DNA from: Vicugna vicugna
Taxonomy: Eukaryota
Assembly: GCA_013265495.1 (NCBI GenBank)
Contig: MU060263.1
Location: forward strand, 3,856,878 to 3,920,877
DNA: 64,000 nucleotides
Direction: 5' to 3'
Position 1 is the stretch's first letter. Each line of letters begins with the position of its first letter. The position numbers and the translations under genes were made by a program. Below are positions 25,210-38,240 of this stretch, one piece after another. The notes under the pieces are model-generated. The model was not told the DNA's origin. It saw nothing but the letters and a program-made list of their open reading frames with translations, and did no database searches.

Positions 25210-26431
25210 TGACTGTCAGTTAATTTGAAGAGCCTCATGTGTGCAGGACCCTTGAACTGCTAGAAAATAGTTCTCTTCTCAGTGTAACTGATTGTAAGGA
25301 AGGGTTTTAGAATAAAGGGTTAGTCTATTTATACATACTTTACATTGTATAAATCTATGTAACTTTTCCATACTTATATTAGAACTTTTTTGACATTATC
25401 TTTAAGCCTGTGACTTCTTTGTTATAACTTTCAGCTTAAAATGTATACAGTTCTTCTAAAGTAAAATTTGAATTGATTGGGGAGGAATTTTGGAGATTTG
25501 ATTTTCCCCTCCAGCACCCGCATCTGAAAGCTTTTCTTCTGGAGAGGAGATGCTTTAGTCTGTAACCCGGTGTGCAAATGTGTGTGTCCATGCATCTGTA
25601 TTTACACACACGTGCAGCCTGCACTTACGTTCCATGTGGAGTCAGGACTCGTTCATAGGACGGTGTCATGTGATTTTTTTGTACTGTCTCTGAAAGAGCG
25701 ATGCTTGAGAGAATTGGACTAGTATTTGGGAAGTTAAAGGACCATGTGGGAAGATTTCTTTGAGAGTAGCAGCTTGTTCTAAGTGTAAATGGAGTAAAAA
25801 GTACTGTTCTAATTAAAGTAAACTATTCCATATGTAGTATGAGTATAATTCTACAGCTTGTGGCTGCTTCAAAAAGGACATCTGAGGAAGAGTCTTAATT
25901 GTCAGACATTCCTTATTATCTCTCTCTCCCCATCCTTGAAGAACCGGAGAGGAAAATCACTTCCAGAATAACTTTTACTTTGTGTTCTTTTCTCTCTTAA
26001 AATGCAAATTTTCTTAATTCGGAATGTGTATATCTAAGTCTCTTCTTTCAGTATTTACCAGAATTTATTCGTTTTATTTAATAAACTTTTCTGAGGTCCT
26101 ATTTCCCAAGCATTGTACGAAATGCCAGAGCTCTAGAAAGATCAACAATAGCCATTTTCCAGAACTCACAGTCTAAGTGGTTGGAGGCACAGAGGTTCAT
26201 TTCTGCTTTTGTTTATTTCAAAATGGGTTGCATATATCTTGTCCCATCAGATTTATATCAACTAGAGCTGATGGGGAAATTACAAAGAGAATAAAATGCT
26301 TCTGTAAGACTTGATTTAGAAAGCATAGTCACCTTTTTCCCCATTATAAACTTTTAAGATTTTATAGTATTACCTATTAACATAAACTGAAAACAGACTT
26401 AAGTTTTCTCCTTGACATCACTTACTGCTAG

Positions 26432-26529
26432 TTTTGCATGCAATTCTTATAATGGTTCAAGCAACAACTCTCAACGTAGCTTTCAACTCACACAACAAGT
26501 CCCTGCTTACTATCATGATGTCTAATAAT
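26432..26529 (+). CDS. TAPT1: TAPT1 exon 6 (98 nt) (F)LHAILIMVQATTLNVAFNSHNKSLLTIMMSNN
   Basis: ctgctag|TT completes the Phe codon T|TT; donor AAT|gtaagt. Confidence 0.96.
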
Positions 26530-26709
26530 GTAAGTATGAGATTTTATTTCACATTTTTGAGGATATATGGGCACTTTAAAGGCAATATTCTAGATGGGAC
26601 AAAATTACTTTTTCTAAATGTTATTTATTCTCTAGGTAGCTCTATGAGTAGCATGTCCATTTTAAAACTGTTATACTGATGACAATGATGTCTGTGTTTA
26701 CTATTTCAG

Positions 26710-26779
26710 TTTGTTGAAATTAAAGGAAGTGTTTTCAAGAAGTTTGAAAAGAACAATCTTTTTCAGATGTCAAATAGCG
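26710..26779 (+). CDS. TAPT1: TAPT1 exon 7 (70 nt) FVEIKGSVFKKFEKNNLFQMSNS
   Basis: Acceptor tatttcag|TTT and donor GCG|gtatgt; contains the family motif FVEIKGSVFKKF. Confidence 0.97.
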
Positions 26780-26969
26780 GTATGTACAATTAGATCCTAC
26801 CAGCAGCGTTTTGCAGTATTGTAAGTCATTCTAAAACTCTGATGCCACAGTCCTGTGGGCCACTGTTTCTCTGACCTAAGTTGTGCTTTCTCATTCTCTC
26901 AACATCTTTACTAAGTTTTTTTTTAATTACTATTACTTTGCTTATTGTAATCTCAGGATGTTTAAGATA

Positions 26970-27170
26970 ATGTTTAAAAATCACAGGCATTTGTGTAGCA
27001 CTTTACCATACTTGCAGAAGCTTCTCATTAATCTCAGAAATTCCTTGGAAACAGTTAATACTATTTCACTTTATGGCTGTGGAAACTGAAACACAGAGAA
27101 AGTAAATTGACTTCGCCAAGGTCACTCACTTAGCTACTAAGAGCGAAACTGTGACAGTAAACTTCAGGTT
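26970..27170 (-). mobile_element. MIR SINE
   Basis: ggaaactgaaacacagagaaagtaaattgacttcgccaaggtcac. Confidence 0.7.
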
Positions 27171-27292
27171 GTCTCTTGGTTCTTGGCTTTTTCAGTTTGA
27201 CCTTCCTTCCTCCTTTCTAAGAAGTGTGAAGGCACAAAATTTATCCCTGGAAACATTATCTTACATAGTTAGGAAAATCAGAGGAGCATAGT

Positions 27293-27445
27293 GTCTTAGT
27301 TCTCAAAGTATGGCCCATGGAACCCTGAAGGGGAGTCCCTGAGTCCCTGGAGGGAAGTCTGCAAAATCAAAACTGTTTTCATAAGAATATGAGGATATTA
27401 TTTATCTCTTTCACCATGTTGCCATTTGCACTGTGGTAAAAATGG
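27293..27445. mobile_element. hAT-Charlie fragment
   Basis: gttctcaaagtatggccc...aaatcaaaactgttttcataagaata. Confidence 0.5.
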
Positions 27446-27479
27446 GGGGTCAGTGGGGAGTGGAAGCCGGAGAGAGGTC

Positions 27480-28140
27480 ACCACACACCCACTGGAATAG
27501 CTGGCCCTGTAGCCTGACGATGCTGAGCGTCAGTGAGCTTGGGGAGTGACTGGCATTCTCACGTGTTGGATGGCGCGAGTATAAAATACTGCAGCTACTC
27601 TGGAAAGCCTTCCGGCTGTTTCTTGTATGTTTAAATATTCACCTATCCTGTGTTCTCATCAGTGAGGACACATTTTCACTAAAAGACTTGTACAAGAGTT
27701 ATTATGGCAGCTTTGCTCATAACCAGAAACTGGCAACAACCCAAATCCTCCTATTAAGAAGAAAGTAGATAAATAAATTTTGTTATGTCCACGCTCCTCA
27801 GCAATTAGAGAAAACTACTGGTACACTCATCTGTGTGGACGTGTCTCAGAAGCCTTACGCTGAGTGAGAAGAGGCCGGACACACAGAGTGCATACTGTGT
27901 GGTTTCATATATACGAGGTTTATGATCAGACAATGAATTTATGATGATAGACGAAGAAGAGTACTTGCTTCCTAGGGCGGGGATAGGCCGGGACAGGGGC
28001 GGTACAAGGGAACGTGCTGTAGTGATGGAACCGCTCTGTGTTTTAATTATGGGGATGGTGACCTAGGGTATGTATTCATCAAAACTTATCAGATTGTACA
28101 CTTAAGAGTAAAATTTCACTGTGTATAAACTTTACCTCTG
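27480..28140 (+). mobile_element. Old L1 (L1MC/MB-like) 3' UTR
   Basis: aagacttgtacaagagt...gcagctttgctcataaccagaaactggcaacaacccaaat...tcatcaaaacttatcagattgtacacttaaga. Confidence 0.75.
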
Positions 28141-30914
28141 TGTTAGACAAGGAAAATAATGGCGTATGAATAAATTAAAGCGAATGAATGTTTAGAGCTA
28201 TAGGAGATTTGAAAACTAGGCTAGAAACAAAAAGAAGAAATGAAGAACTTCCGACGGTTCTGCGGGACAGCGACAGAACGTAGGTCACAGAGCTCTGAGG
28301 GGCAGTCTGGGCTGTGTCTCTCTGTGCAGCAGCGTTCTTCCTCAGGTGTGCGCTGCCCAGCCCTGTGAACCTGAAACGAGAGAGGAGAGGAGGGGAGGGC
28401 TATGTTATAGGATTTTTTTTTCTCAGCTTCAAGAATCAATTATACAATATGTTAATTCAACTATAAACATTTCACTTGTAGCAGAAATCATTACTTTTAT
28501 TAGTACCCTGATTTTAGTAGGGTCTCTTTATAGAGCTTTAAACTAGACAAGCAGTTCTTTAAGTTTTAAGTGTTTTCAGCCTTTATATATCATGAGGAGG
28601 AGATTATGAACGATTTTTAACCTTATCACTTATATGTTGATGTAATTAATATCCCCTTTTCTTTCTTTTATGAGCTGGTCCCCCAGATTATAATTTCTTA
28701 CTTTAGAAGGATTAGAGACTCAATATTTCAGTTTTAAGAAAACTCTGAAAACAGCGCATGTGGACCAGGCAGTGCATATCAGTTTACCAGAAATTCAGGA
28801 GTATATTTTGGCTTAGAATGGTTAGTAACCAGCATGAAAAGTTTTACTTTTTATTAAAGGTAAAGTAGTTCATGTTACAGTGCAGGGTGCTCTGCATTGT
28901 GCTGCCTTCTGTCTTCAGCAAGTTTTATAAGAAATTAATTTTACCTCGGGTAGCTTTTAAAACCCATTCCCAAGTAAGAAGGAAAAATCCGTCCTAGACA
29001 ATCTCGCTGGTGTTGCATGTGGTGCTCAGATACTAAAGGGGTGGATAAGGAGTCACTGAAGCCTGCTTTTCACAAGGTGACTGAGTTTATTGCCTCCTCC
29101 ACCTGCATTAGCAGCTGTGAGATGAGAACCAGCCCAAAGGATGCCACTGGTCACACACCAGCTCCTTCTTTTCCTGTGAATTTCTCTGAGACACTGAGCT
29201 GCTGTGTGTGTAGGATCAAATTCAGTGCCTCATGCTAGTTTACTGTTGAAAACTTGGTTTGGAAATTTTAGTGACTTTATCTATTTCAGCTTATTACCTG
29301 ACTGTACAGTTTCTTTAAGGGAATTGCCTGAGGACACATGAAATGGAGTTTAGTTAATAAAACCCAGCTTTCAACAGTTTATTTTTTCTTTCACTTCATG
29401 TTAGTGTGTGTACCAGAGTATGGAACCTAGGCCTTTCCGATTTGCATTCTTAAAATGAAAATTTTTATGCCGTTAATAACCTATTGATAATGTGAACTGT
29501 ACATTCAGAAAGATCCTGCAGGAGTTACATTGATCTGCACTCAGGTCCCATCCCAGGGTGCTTCTGTTTCACTCAGCATAAGCCTGTATAACTGCATTAA
29601 CTTGAATGACTGTTGAAAGTGAAATAGTTACTTATTTCCCATTTAAAATGCAATTGTAACTACGTTAAAGTATATCCCCCTAGTGGTAACATAGAAGAGA
29701 AAAGGGAGCTTCATAATCTGCAGATCAGAAATTTTTTTAAAGTATTAGTCACCAGTGTTTTTAAGCTCCTTAATAATGGTTGAGAGAAAACATTTCCATT
29801 TTGATAGAAGTTTTCATTTTTTAATTAATGTAAGAGTTCTGTCCAAGTCAAAACTTTGTTCTGAAGATGAGATATGATGTAAATAAGTTGTTAATTGCCT
29901 TGTTTATCTAGTAAAAATGTTAGATTATCATTAGAATCTGTTATTTTCAAAAAAAACTTCATTTCCTTATGTAAGGTTTTATTTCATTTTGGAATAACTT
30001 TTTCAGAATTCTAGTATGCTTTAATAATGCTCAAATTTTAAAAGTCAAATCTTGGCTTCAAAATGTATGTAAATCATTTAAATGTAAAACAAAAAGTAAA
30101 TTGTGAAAGTACAAAAATGAAACTTTTTAAATATTTGCATAACAACCTCATTTTTGTGGTTAGATTGATAAAAAAGTGCTTTTTTGTGCTGCTTTTCTTT
30201 TTAATCTTTAAACTTAAACCACTTTTCATATCCCTCATAGTATAAAATTGCATTTATCTACCAAAAGTTGCCAGTTTTTATTAATCTCTACAGTATTTTG
30301 AAATAGTCTGCTTTTCTAAAATCTATTTTGCCTTGAATATTCCCCTAAGATGGACTTTCACTCCTTTTATGGTGTCCTTAGAATTGAAATGATTATGGGT
30401 TTCCTCTATGCTGCCACCTGCCCTGTGTCCAAGAGTCAGATGTGATTGATTTAAACACTGCTATTGTTTTTGTTTTATTAGAGTTTTTAAAATTATGTTG
30501 GCTTGTCTCAAATAATGTTTTCAGTTTCTCAAGGTGATTTCTTTCCAGATAATTCTACAGTGAACCAAATCAGTATCATATGTCCCTACTTAGTAGGAGG
30601 GTCAGAAATAAGTACATTTCTTTGCTAAATTTGTTTATAGAAATTAGAAATTCAGGGGACTTAACACAGTATTGATGCAGCTTTGTGAATAATTTTACAG
30701 AATTCCATTAAAGGTACTTTGACAGATTTACTTAATCCCATGAAGTAAGTTCCACAGTTGACTATACATAAATAGCAGAGGATAAGTTTTGTTTTAGATT
30801 ATGGTGGAAATTGTTTTAGGACAGACTTTTCCTAGCTTCCTTTAACCAGTGTTCCCTTTTGACATCACAAAATAAGTTGAACATGTGATCTAGAACTAGT
30901 CACACCATGTGTAC

Positions 30915-31040
30915 TTTTTTTTTTTATTGAAGTACAGTTGATTTACAGTGTTGCGTTAATTTCTGGGGACAGCGCGGTGATTCAGTTACACAGCTGTTAC
31001 AGGGTTCCCTGTGCTGTACAGTTGGACCTTGTTGTCTGTA
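30915..31040 (-). mobile_element. L1 3' end
   Basis: T11 followed by attgaagtacagttgatttacagtgttgcgttaatttctgg...ttccctgtgctgtacagt. Confidence 0.8.
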
Positions 31041-31219
31041 ACACGTGTTCGTTAAACTCCTGCACGTGCTTCCTTCAAGGGGGCATGCCTGTGCTCTTCA
31101 CCTCGAGACTCCTGTGCTGTGAGTTTATACCCCAAAATATGGTATTTCACAGGAAGTGACTCTCCAGTTTTCATACTAGAACAGCAAGTTGTGCCCACTG
31201 GCTTTTGAAGAATTAAGGA

Positions 31220-31480
31220 GACAGCTCAGACTCCTTATAGACAAGGGCTGGGATCTGAGCTCCCCTAGAAAAGAGGTGTTGCGACTGACTGGGAAGCAGT
31301 TAGGCATTTCGGGAAGGCACACAGCTTGCTTGCGGAGACTGGGTGTAGCTGTAGATAAGAGTCCAGATCATTTGCTGTAGAGCAACGGAGAGCAGTCCCA
31401 GGAAGGGCTTCAAGGTGAAGCTGAAATGCAGAGGGCTCTGGGGCCCCATGGGAGGCCCTGGATGACCGAGGTGCTGGGCT
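31220..31480 (-). mobile_element. L2 fragment
   Basis: ggcatttcgggaaggcacacagc...ccagatcat...gaagggcttcaagg. Confidence 0.4.
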
Positions 31481-31639
31481 ATTAGGGGAATGACAACAGA
31501 TACATACAGGTGTTCGAGATGGTTCCTAGACACGTGATGGCTTCTAGCCACAGCTCCCATCGCTGCATAGACGCAGCACGTGGGCATGGCAACTGACTGT
31601 ACTTCAATTAAAAAAATAAAATAAACCAGCAAACAAACA

Positions 31640-31915
31640 AAAAATACTACAGAGCTACAAAAAATCAGAACAGCGTGGTAAAAACAGACATGGATCAATG
31701 GAACAGAATAGAGAGCCCAGAAATGAACCCACAGACTTTTGGTTAATTAACCTTCTACAAAGGAGGCAAGAATGTACAATGGAGAAGAGCCTCTTCAGCA
31801 AGTGATGTTGGGGTAACTGGACAGCAGCATGTAAATCAGTGAAGCTAGAACACTCCCTCACACCGCACACAGGGATAAACTCAGAATGGCTTAAAGACTG
31901 ACATATAAGACAAGA
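31640..31915 (+). mobile_element. Degenerate L1 ORF2 C-terminal fragment
   Basis: tactacagagctaca...aacagacatggatcaatggaacagaatagagagcccagaaatgaaccca (the DQWNRIESPEMNP motif of L1 ORF2). Confidence 0.9.
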
Positions 31916-32630
31916 CGCTCACTGCAGACGTGGATTTATTTCATTCCATTTCTCTATTACAGCGTATCTTAGACAGTGATAAGGTAACAGCTTAAAGAGT
32001 GAACTGTGTAAACTAGCCTTTAGCAGGAATTTAGTTATTTGCTTTTTTTAAATTCATTCAGGCTAAGCTCAGAGTACTTAGTAACTTATGGTAAATATCC
32101 TCTTGAAATCTAATTTTGAGCTTGTTTCACTCCCGTAATTCCACATACACCCTAAGAAATGCTATTGTAATACTGATGCTTTCTTGGCTAAAGAATTTAC
32201 AGGTTGGTACTTGGGTATTTACTATTCACCAGATTGGAAATAATGTAGAAAGCAGGGGTTTTATATTACCCAGAGTCTTGTATTTTGCTTTCTGCTTCTA
32301 TTTTTTCCTTTGTCTGTAAAATGAAAACTTTCCATATGTCCCTGAAGACTGTTGGAGGAATCTGACTCAATCTGAGCAGATTGATGGTTTGAGTATTTTA
32401 TGAAGTTTGTAGAAAACTGGAATTTCCATACTAGAATTATGTTAGTGAAAGAAGTAAATGGCTTAACCAGTGTAGCACCACCTGTATTTAAAATAGTATA
32501 TTTATTTTACAGACATTTACACATAAAATAATAACTTTATCATGTTCTGACTAAAGGAAAATTATTTTACATATGTACTAAATTATTATGTTATTTATAT
32601 GCACTATAGTATTTGTTAAATTTTTTTCAG

Positions 32631-32711
32631 ATATTAAGGAACGATTCACAAATTACGTGCTTTTGCTAATAGTGTGTCTAAGAAACATGGAACAGTTTTC
32701 TTGGAACCCAG
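32631..32711 (+). CDS. TAPT1: TAPT1 exon 8 (81 nt) DIKERFTNYVLLLIVCLRNMEQFSWNP
   Basis: Acceptor tttttttcag|AT and donor CAG|gtaagt. Confidence 0.97.
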
Positions 32712-34849
32712 GTAAGTAACTCTTAACAAATACAATGCCTTCTAATTTTCCTCGAACCAAAAAGCATACTTTTCATGGAATAAAGTGAGTGTTGCAGAAA
32801 ACTTCAAAAACCTTTAGCTGTTGCACTCTCTCGGTCCAGTAGGTGGGTTGAGTGTGCTCCGTGGGTGGTGGGGACCTTTGGCTCCTCGTTTCCCACGAAC
32901 CACCCGACGTCTCTAGAGCTGCGTCCCAGGGTCGGGTGGACCCTGCTGGGCACTGCAGCCGCCAAGCCTCTCGGCTTATTTTTTGTCCGTGGTGTGCTGT
33001 GGCTCTGTGAGTACAGTCTGCTCTTTCTCGTTTTAGGGGTTCACCAGGAGCCCCTAACATTTGTCTTTTACTCATTCACTGCCTATGAATTAGCATTTTG
33101 AATGAAGATAAATAGAATGTAAGCAGTAAACTTTGTTACTTATACATCTCTGAATCAAGGCTGACCAGAAGTAGTTGTGATTCCATGAATTTTCGTCAGT
33201 TCTTCAGCCAGCAGACATTCACCGTGTACAGTCCGTGCTGGGCGCTGTGGCGCAGGTGCAGGGGACTGAGATAGTGAGGGACTCGGGCTCATAGACGAAG
33301 TAGACAGGTCATCGCAGTCTGGTGGCACTGAAGTGAGCTCGGTGGAAATGATCCGAGAAATTTTTATGTCTGACATTTTTGTACAGCCTTGTTCTTAAGG
33401 ACGAGATAGTTTTGCAGTTTATTTAATACTCCCAATACCATGCATGTTAAGGGATTTAATACCTTCTTATTAATTTATTTAGATTCATTGCTAGTTTTCA
33501 AGTATGTGTGAAAAATCAGAAACAGATGCAGAATGAGATAAATGATCTTAGAAATACATTTCCAGACATTGTTTTCTTATAGAAACCTAAACTCAAATGA
33601 TGTATCTTACAGTGGCTTGAATTCTAATAGGAACAGGTCCAAAGGCTACTTGACTTGTGGAGGCAAAGCCCCTCCTCCACACACACACCCAGATTCTATG
33701 CGTATCTGAATCCTGAGTTTGTAACCAAGGCAGCTAACAAAATGTCCACGGCAGACAGAGTAGTGGGCGTGTGTGGCTGGTCCCAGCAGAGCCCACAGGG
33801 GTCAGCAGTCCCGAAGCAGGGGTATGGTGCCGGAGGACAGCAATCCCAAAGCCTGCTGACAGCTGGATGTTTGAAGTCATGTTCTCACTTGTACTTAACT
33901 TTCAACAAATTATCTTACATTTTCTTCATCACTAATGTGCACAGAGTCTGATAAGAGGAACACATCTTTGTTGATAAATTCATCTTTCTTCCATTCTTTT
34001 TTAGTTTTTCTTAAAAAAATTTTTTAAACCAAAATACCACTTATGTAATCTTGCCTAAGCTCCCAAGATGGTGCTGAACATATAAAACCAGCACTAGCTT
34101 TTTGTGTGCCGGGCCCACTGCTCTGCATGTACATCGTCGTCTCATCTAATTCTCCTGATGGTGACGTGTAGGTATTTTATCTTGTAGCTGAGGAGACTGG
34201 CACTTAGATAATGGCCCATGTCATCTAGCCCGTCGGTGGCAGAATTTACTGTTGAAAGAGGCTCCCTGATTCCCCAAACCTCAGCGTGGCGTCAGACTCG
34301 CTGAGACGTCCTCGCCTGTCCCGCACCGCTGCCTGTCACCACCGCCTCCCAGCTGCCCAGGTCCCGGACTGCCTGGTCCTCGTCAACATTTCTGACCTTT
34401 TTCTTTCTCTGTCCCACTTTTATATCCTTTTTCAAGGTCTAAGGAGGTTATTTGTTTGCATCTTTTATCAGGTACTTGATACTAAGTTGAAGTTTTAATA
34501 CATATGGTAAAGGTGAGCAAATTTGATAAATTATATCTATAAGACAGTGAAACAAATAATTGATCAATATCTTTAAGTCATAGTGACCAGGGAGGGAAAA
34601 AATATTGTCCACTTGACTTAAGCACATGTTCCTACTAGTTATTTACTGTCACACTGAGGCAGCCAGAGGGTCACAGGATTTTACAAGGAGCCTGGTCATG
34701 ACAGCAATCGTCCCCTGCTGGCCCGGGAAGGCAGCCAGTGCCCCGCTCACCGCTGGGCCCCTCAGGTGGTGCTTGACACAGAGAAGGCACAGGATAAATA
34801 CTTGTTGAATGACTTACCCTTTTTTTTTTTTTAGCATTGAGGGTTTTTT

Positions 34850-35252
34850 TTTATTTTTTAACAGTTTTTATTGAGCTACAATCATTTTTCAATGTTGTGT
34901 CGAAGAGCACAATTTTTCAGTTATACATGAACATATTGTATTCATTGTCACATTTTTTTCTCTGTGAGCTACCATAAGATCTTGTGTATATTTCCCTGTG
35001 CTATACAGTATAATCTTGTTTATCTATTCTACATTTTGAAATCCCAGCCTGTCCCTTCCCACCCCCCGCCCCCTTGGCAACCACAAGTTTGTATTCTATG
35101 TCTATGATTCTGTTTCTGATTTGTATTTATGTTTTTGGGTTTTTTTTTTTAGATTCCACATATGAGCGATCTCATATGGTATTTTTCTTTCTCTCTCTGG
35201 CTTACTTCACTTAGACTGACATTCTCCAGGACCATCCATGTTGCTGCAAATG
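34850..35252 (-). mobile_element. Young L1 3' end (camelid-like), cut off by an assembly gap
   Basis: cattgtcacatttttttctctgtgagctaccataagatcttg...tagattccacatatgagcgatctcatatggtatt...ccatccatgttgctgcaaatg. Confidence 0.9.
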
Positions 35253-35394
35253 NNNNNNNNNNNNNNNNNNNNNNNNNNNNNNNNNNNNNNNNNNNNNNNN
35301 NNNNNNNNNNNNNNNNNNNNNNNNNNNNNNNNNNNNNNNNNNNNNNNNNNNNNNNNNNNNNNNNNNNNNNNNNNNNNNNNNNNNNNNNNNNNNN
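35253..35394. other. Assembly gap (142 N)
   Basis: Read directly from the sequence. Confidence 1.
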
Positions 35395-35612
35395 CATCCT
35401 GAAGTAGGGAAATGACTTTATCTTTTAACTTGATAAATTTGGCTTTTTTGATGATTAATTGAATGCTGGTTCTCTCTGTTACCACTTGTTGAAAACATTA
35501 CAGTCTTGCCCTGTGGAGATTTCTGACATCTGCCATGGTGGCCTGTGATGGGATATTATGGACTCTGTTCATTCTAAGAGATTTAATTGTCTCTTTTCCC
35601 TCCACTTTATAG

Positions 35613-35722
35613 ATCATCTCTGGGTGTTGTTTCCAGATGTCTGTATGGTGATTGCATCGGAAATCGCTGTGGATATTGTAAAACATGCCTTTATCACAAA
35701 GTTTAATGACATTACTGCAGAT
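35613..35722 (+). CDS. TAPT1: TAPT1 exon 9 (110 nt) DHLWVLFPDVCMVIASEIAVDIVKHAFITKFNDITAD
   Basis: Acceptor ccactttatag|AT and donor GAT|gtaagt; contains the family motif KHAFITKFN. Confidence 0.97.
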
Positions 35723-37144
35723 GTAAGTATTTCAATAAGCAATTCAATGTTTAGTGTTGACTTCTGATTAATAATAGAAAGCTGTAGAGTAGCCAGTTTA
35801 AATTTACTGCATTTATGAAGATAGTAGGAGAGTACTACCACTTTAAAGTTAGAATTATAATTTTTAATTTCTAAAAATAAATATACTACTGAAAGTACAT
35901 TGTTTCAGTATTAAACAGTGGTTCCATACCTTTGGATGGAGAAATAGATTGGCCAGTAGCTGAGGTTAGGGTGTGGCTAACTGAAAATCATTATAAACTG
36001 ATAATACCATCATAGTCTGTTTACTTAAGCTTTTAAAAATCACATTGTTTCTATTTAAAACATCAGACTATCAAAACTTTTCTCTCTGGCTAGATTTTTT
36101 TTAATATTTTATGTTTAAAAATTGTTTTTTGTGTGTGATTAAGAATAGGTTTCTGATAAGCTCTAGAAGACAAGAGCCTTACGTTTTACTAGTGGAAACA
36201 TTTGATGGAACGTTGAGAAATTTGTTTTCTATTGTAACCAGATAGTCTGTAGAATTTCCAGAAATAGCTATGTGGCTCTAGGCTCATTGTAAACAAAACA
36301 TCAGCTAGTTTTCTAGTGCATTTCTCAATCCTACCTCAGGCCCAAAATGAACAGTAATGTCACCAGTTGTCTAGATTTGATTTGGATTGTACTTTGTCTT
36401 ACTCTGATGCTTTTTGTTTTATTTCAAAAGGCAAAAATTTAAGTTGTAATGCAGTTGCAACTGCATCAATATGATGATTGGATTATGGGGTTTTTGAATG
36501 TTTTCATATACTTGAATAAAATATGATTTTGCACTTTTTTTGCAAAGCACTGATAAAGTAATTTCACCCTTTACTCTTCTCAGCTTCCTCAAAGTAGAAA
36601 TCCCTTTTCATGGAATCATTTTCTCAGCATCTGAAGTCAAAATCAATAGGCTTGACTTAAATACTTAGTGCAGTTTTCAGTGGAAATGATAGTTTACAAG
36701 TGCCTTCATAACCACTGTGTTCCCTAACTCAGGTTTACATCAGGCTTAGCATTCATTTTTCTAAGAAGACATCATTATTGTTAGATATACAATAATAAAT
36801 GTTTAAACTGTTCATTTAATTTAAAATTTCAGAATTATTTTGTATATCTTACACTACTTAAAAGAAACACTCTTCCCAAAATTCTGAACTCTCAGGATCA
36901 TAATCATTGAATATTTATCCCTCTTTGAAGAGAAACCTTTAAAAGGCCTGAGAACATAACAGTTGGGGAATTGAGGCTATGTTTTACCCTTTTTGTAGGA
37001 AAGCAAATAGAGAAACACTACCCGGATGCGGCTTGGTCATTACACACTCCTCCTGGCTAGCTATTGAACATTTCATCTACAGAGTAAATCTTTCCACGTT
37101 GTATATTTGCACTGTATTAATGCTTCACTCTTACTTGCCTTTAG

Positions 37145-37204
37145 GTCTACAGTGAATATAGAGCCAGCCTCGCTTTTGACCTTGTTAGCAGTCGACAGAA
37201 GAAT
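37145..37204 (+). CDS. TAPT1: TAPT1 exon 10 (60 nt) VYSEYRASLAFDLVSSRQKN
   Basis: Acceptor gcctttag|GTC and donor AAT|gtgagc. Confidence 0.96.
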
Positions 37205-37608
37205 GTGAGCATTATATCAAAGACGTAGTCTGAAATTAACCAAACAGTGGTTTGATTTAGCATGGGATATTATTTAAGGGAAAGCTATCGTAAATTTAAA
37301 CTTCCTACTTATCTCTGTTCTTGACACTAAATGTTTATGAAATAATAAAAGTAATACTAATACTTACTAATACTTAACATTAAATAGGGTATGATTTCTG
37401 CAGCTCTGGAACAGTTATGCAACTTTGTATTTTAAACTTCTTATAAACATTCAGATTTCCATATCACTTCACTAAATTACGTAGTAGGTGCTAGGTTCTC
37501 TTCTTGCTCATGGCCTCACCTGTTTAGAACATTTACTGGTGGTGAGTGAATAGTACTTTTTAAATGCTGTTTAAATCCCATAAATCCTGTTCTCCTTTCT
37601 CCGTCTAG

Positions 37609-37677
37609 GCGTATACTGATTACAGTGACTCCGTGGCACGGAGGATGGGGTTCATTCCTCTCCCACTGGCTGTTCTA
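37609..37677 (+). CDS. TAPT1: TAPT1 exon 11 (69 nt) AYTDYSDSVARRMGFIPLPLAVL
   Basis: Acceptor ctccgtctag|GCG and donor CTA|gtaagt. Confidence 0.96.
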
Positions 37678-37949
37678 GTAAGTCCAGACTTTTTTCCCTT
37701 TTTTATGATGAGATGACTATCATTACATACAGAATATCAATGAATGGATTATCAATAAGCTTGTTTCGGAAGGACTTGATATAAAAATGAAAGGTAAATG
37801 ACTTAGAAGGAAATTCTGTTTTAAATTTGAAATGTAAATAGTACTATCCTTTTGGATTTTAAGTCATATTAAGGCATTATTTTATGTGATGGCTTTCCCA
37901 AAAGTGAGAATATTCATTTTTGCTCACTCATTTGGCAAAGATTCTTCTT

Positions 37950-38240
37950 TTTGACTGGAAATACCTAGTGGTAAGCATTGATGTGGCCACTGTAATGCAT
38001 ATGTGTGGAAATGTAAGTTGACCCAACACTCCTAAGGGGCAGTGTGACAGTGTCACACCTTGATGAATTAATTCCAGTTCTAGGAATTTACCTAAGAAAA
38101 TAGTTACAGAAGGTACATGATGATTTATAGGCAAGATTATGCACTGCAGCGGCATTGATAGTAGTAAAAATTTGGAAACAAATGGAATAGATTAAATAAA
38201 TATAGTATGTTCAAATGAAGAAATATTCTGTATTCATTAT
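37950..38240 (+). mobile_element. Old L1 (L1ME-like) fragment
   Basis: attccagttctaggaatttacctaagaaaata...aaatttggaaacaa. Confidence 0.5.

Larger units (their letters stand above)
24875..26431 (+). other. U12-type (minor spliceosome) GT-AG intron 5 of TAPT1, 1557 nt
   Basis: 5' site GTATCCTTTT; branch motif TCCTTGAC at 26409-26416 with the branch A at 26415, 16 nt before the AG at 26430-26431; no classical polypyrimidine tract after the branch. Confidence 0.93.

Noticed and set aside
30915-31915. Possible twin-primed (5'-inverted) L1
   Set aside because: The minus-strand tail and the plus-strand ORF2 piece are separated by ~600 bp that includes L2-like DNA and another L1 tail, and I found no TSD. 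Independent insertions are the simpler explanation.
35149-35485. ORFs containing X-runs (also near 50.6-51.0 kb and 56.1-56.6 kb)
   Set aside because: Artefacts of translating through N gaps.
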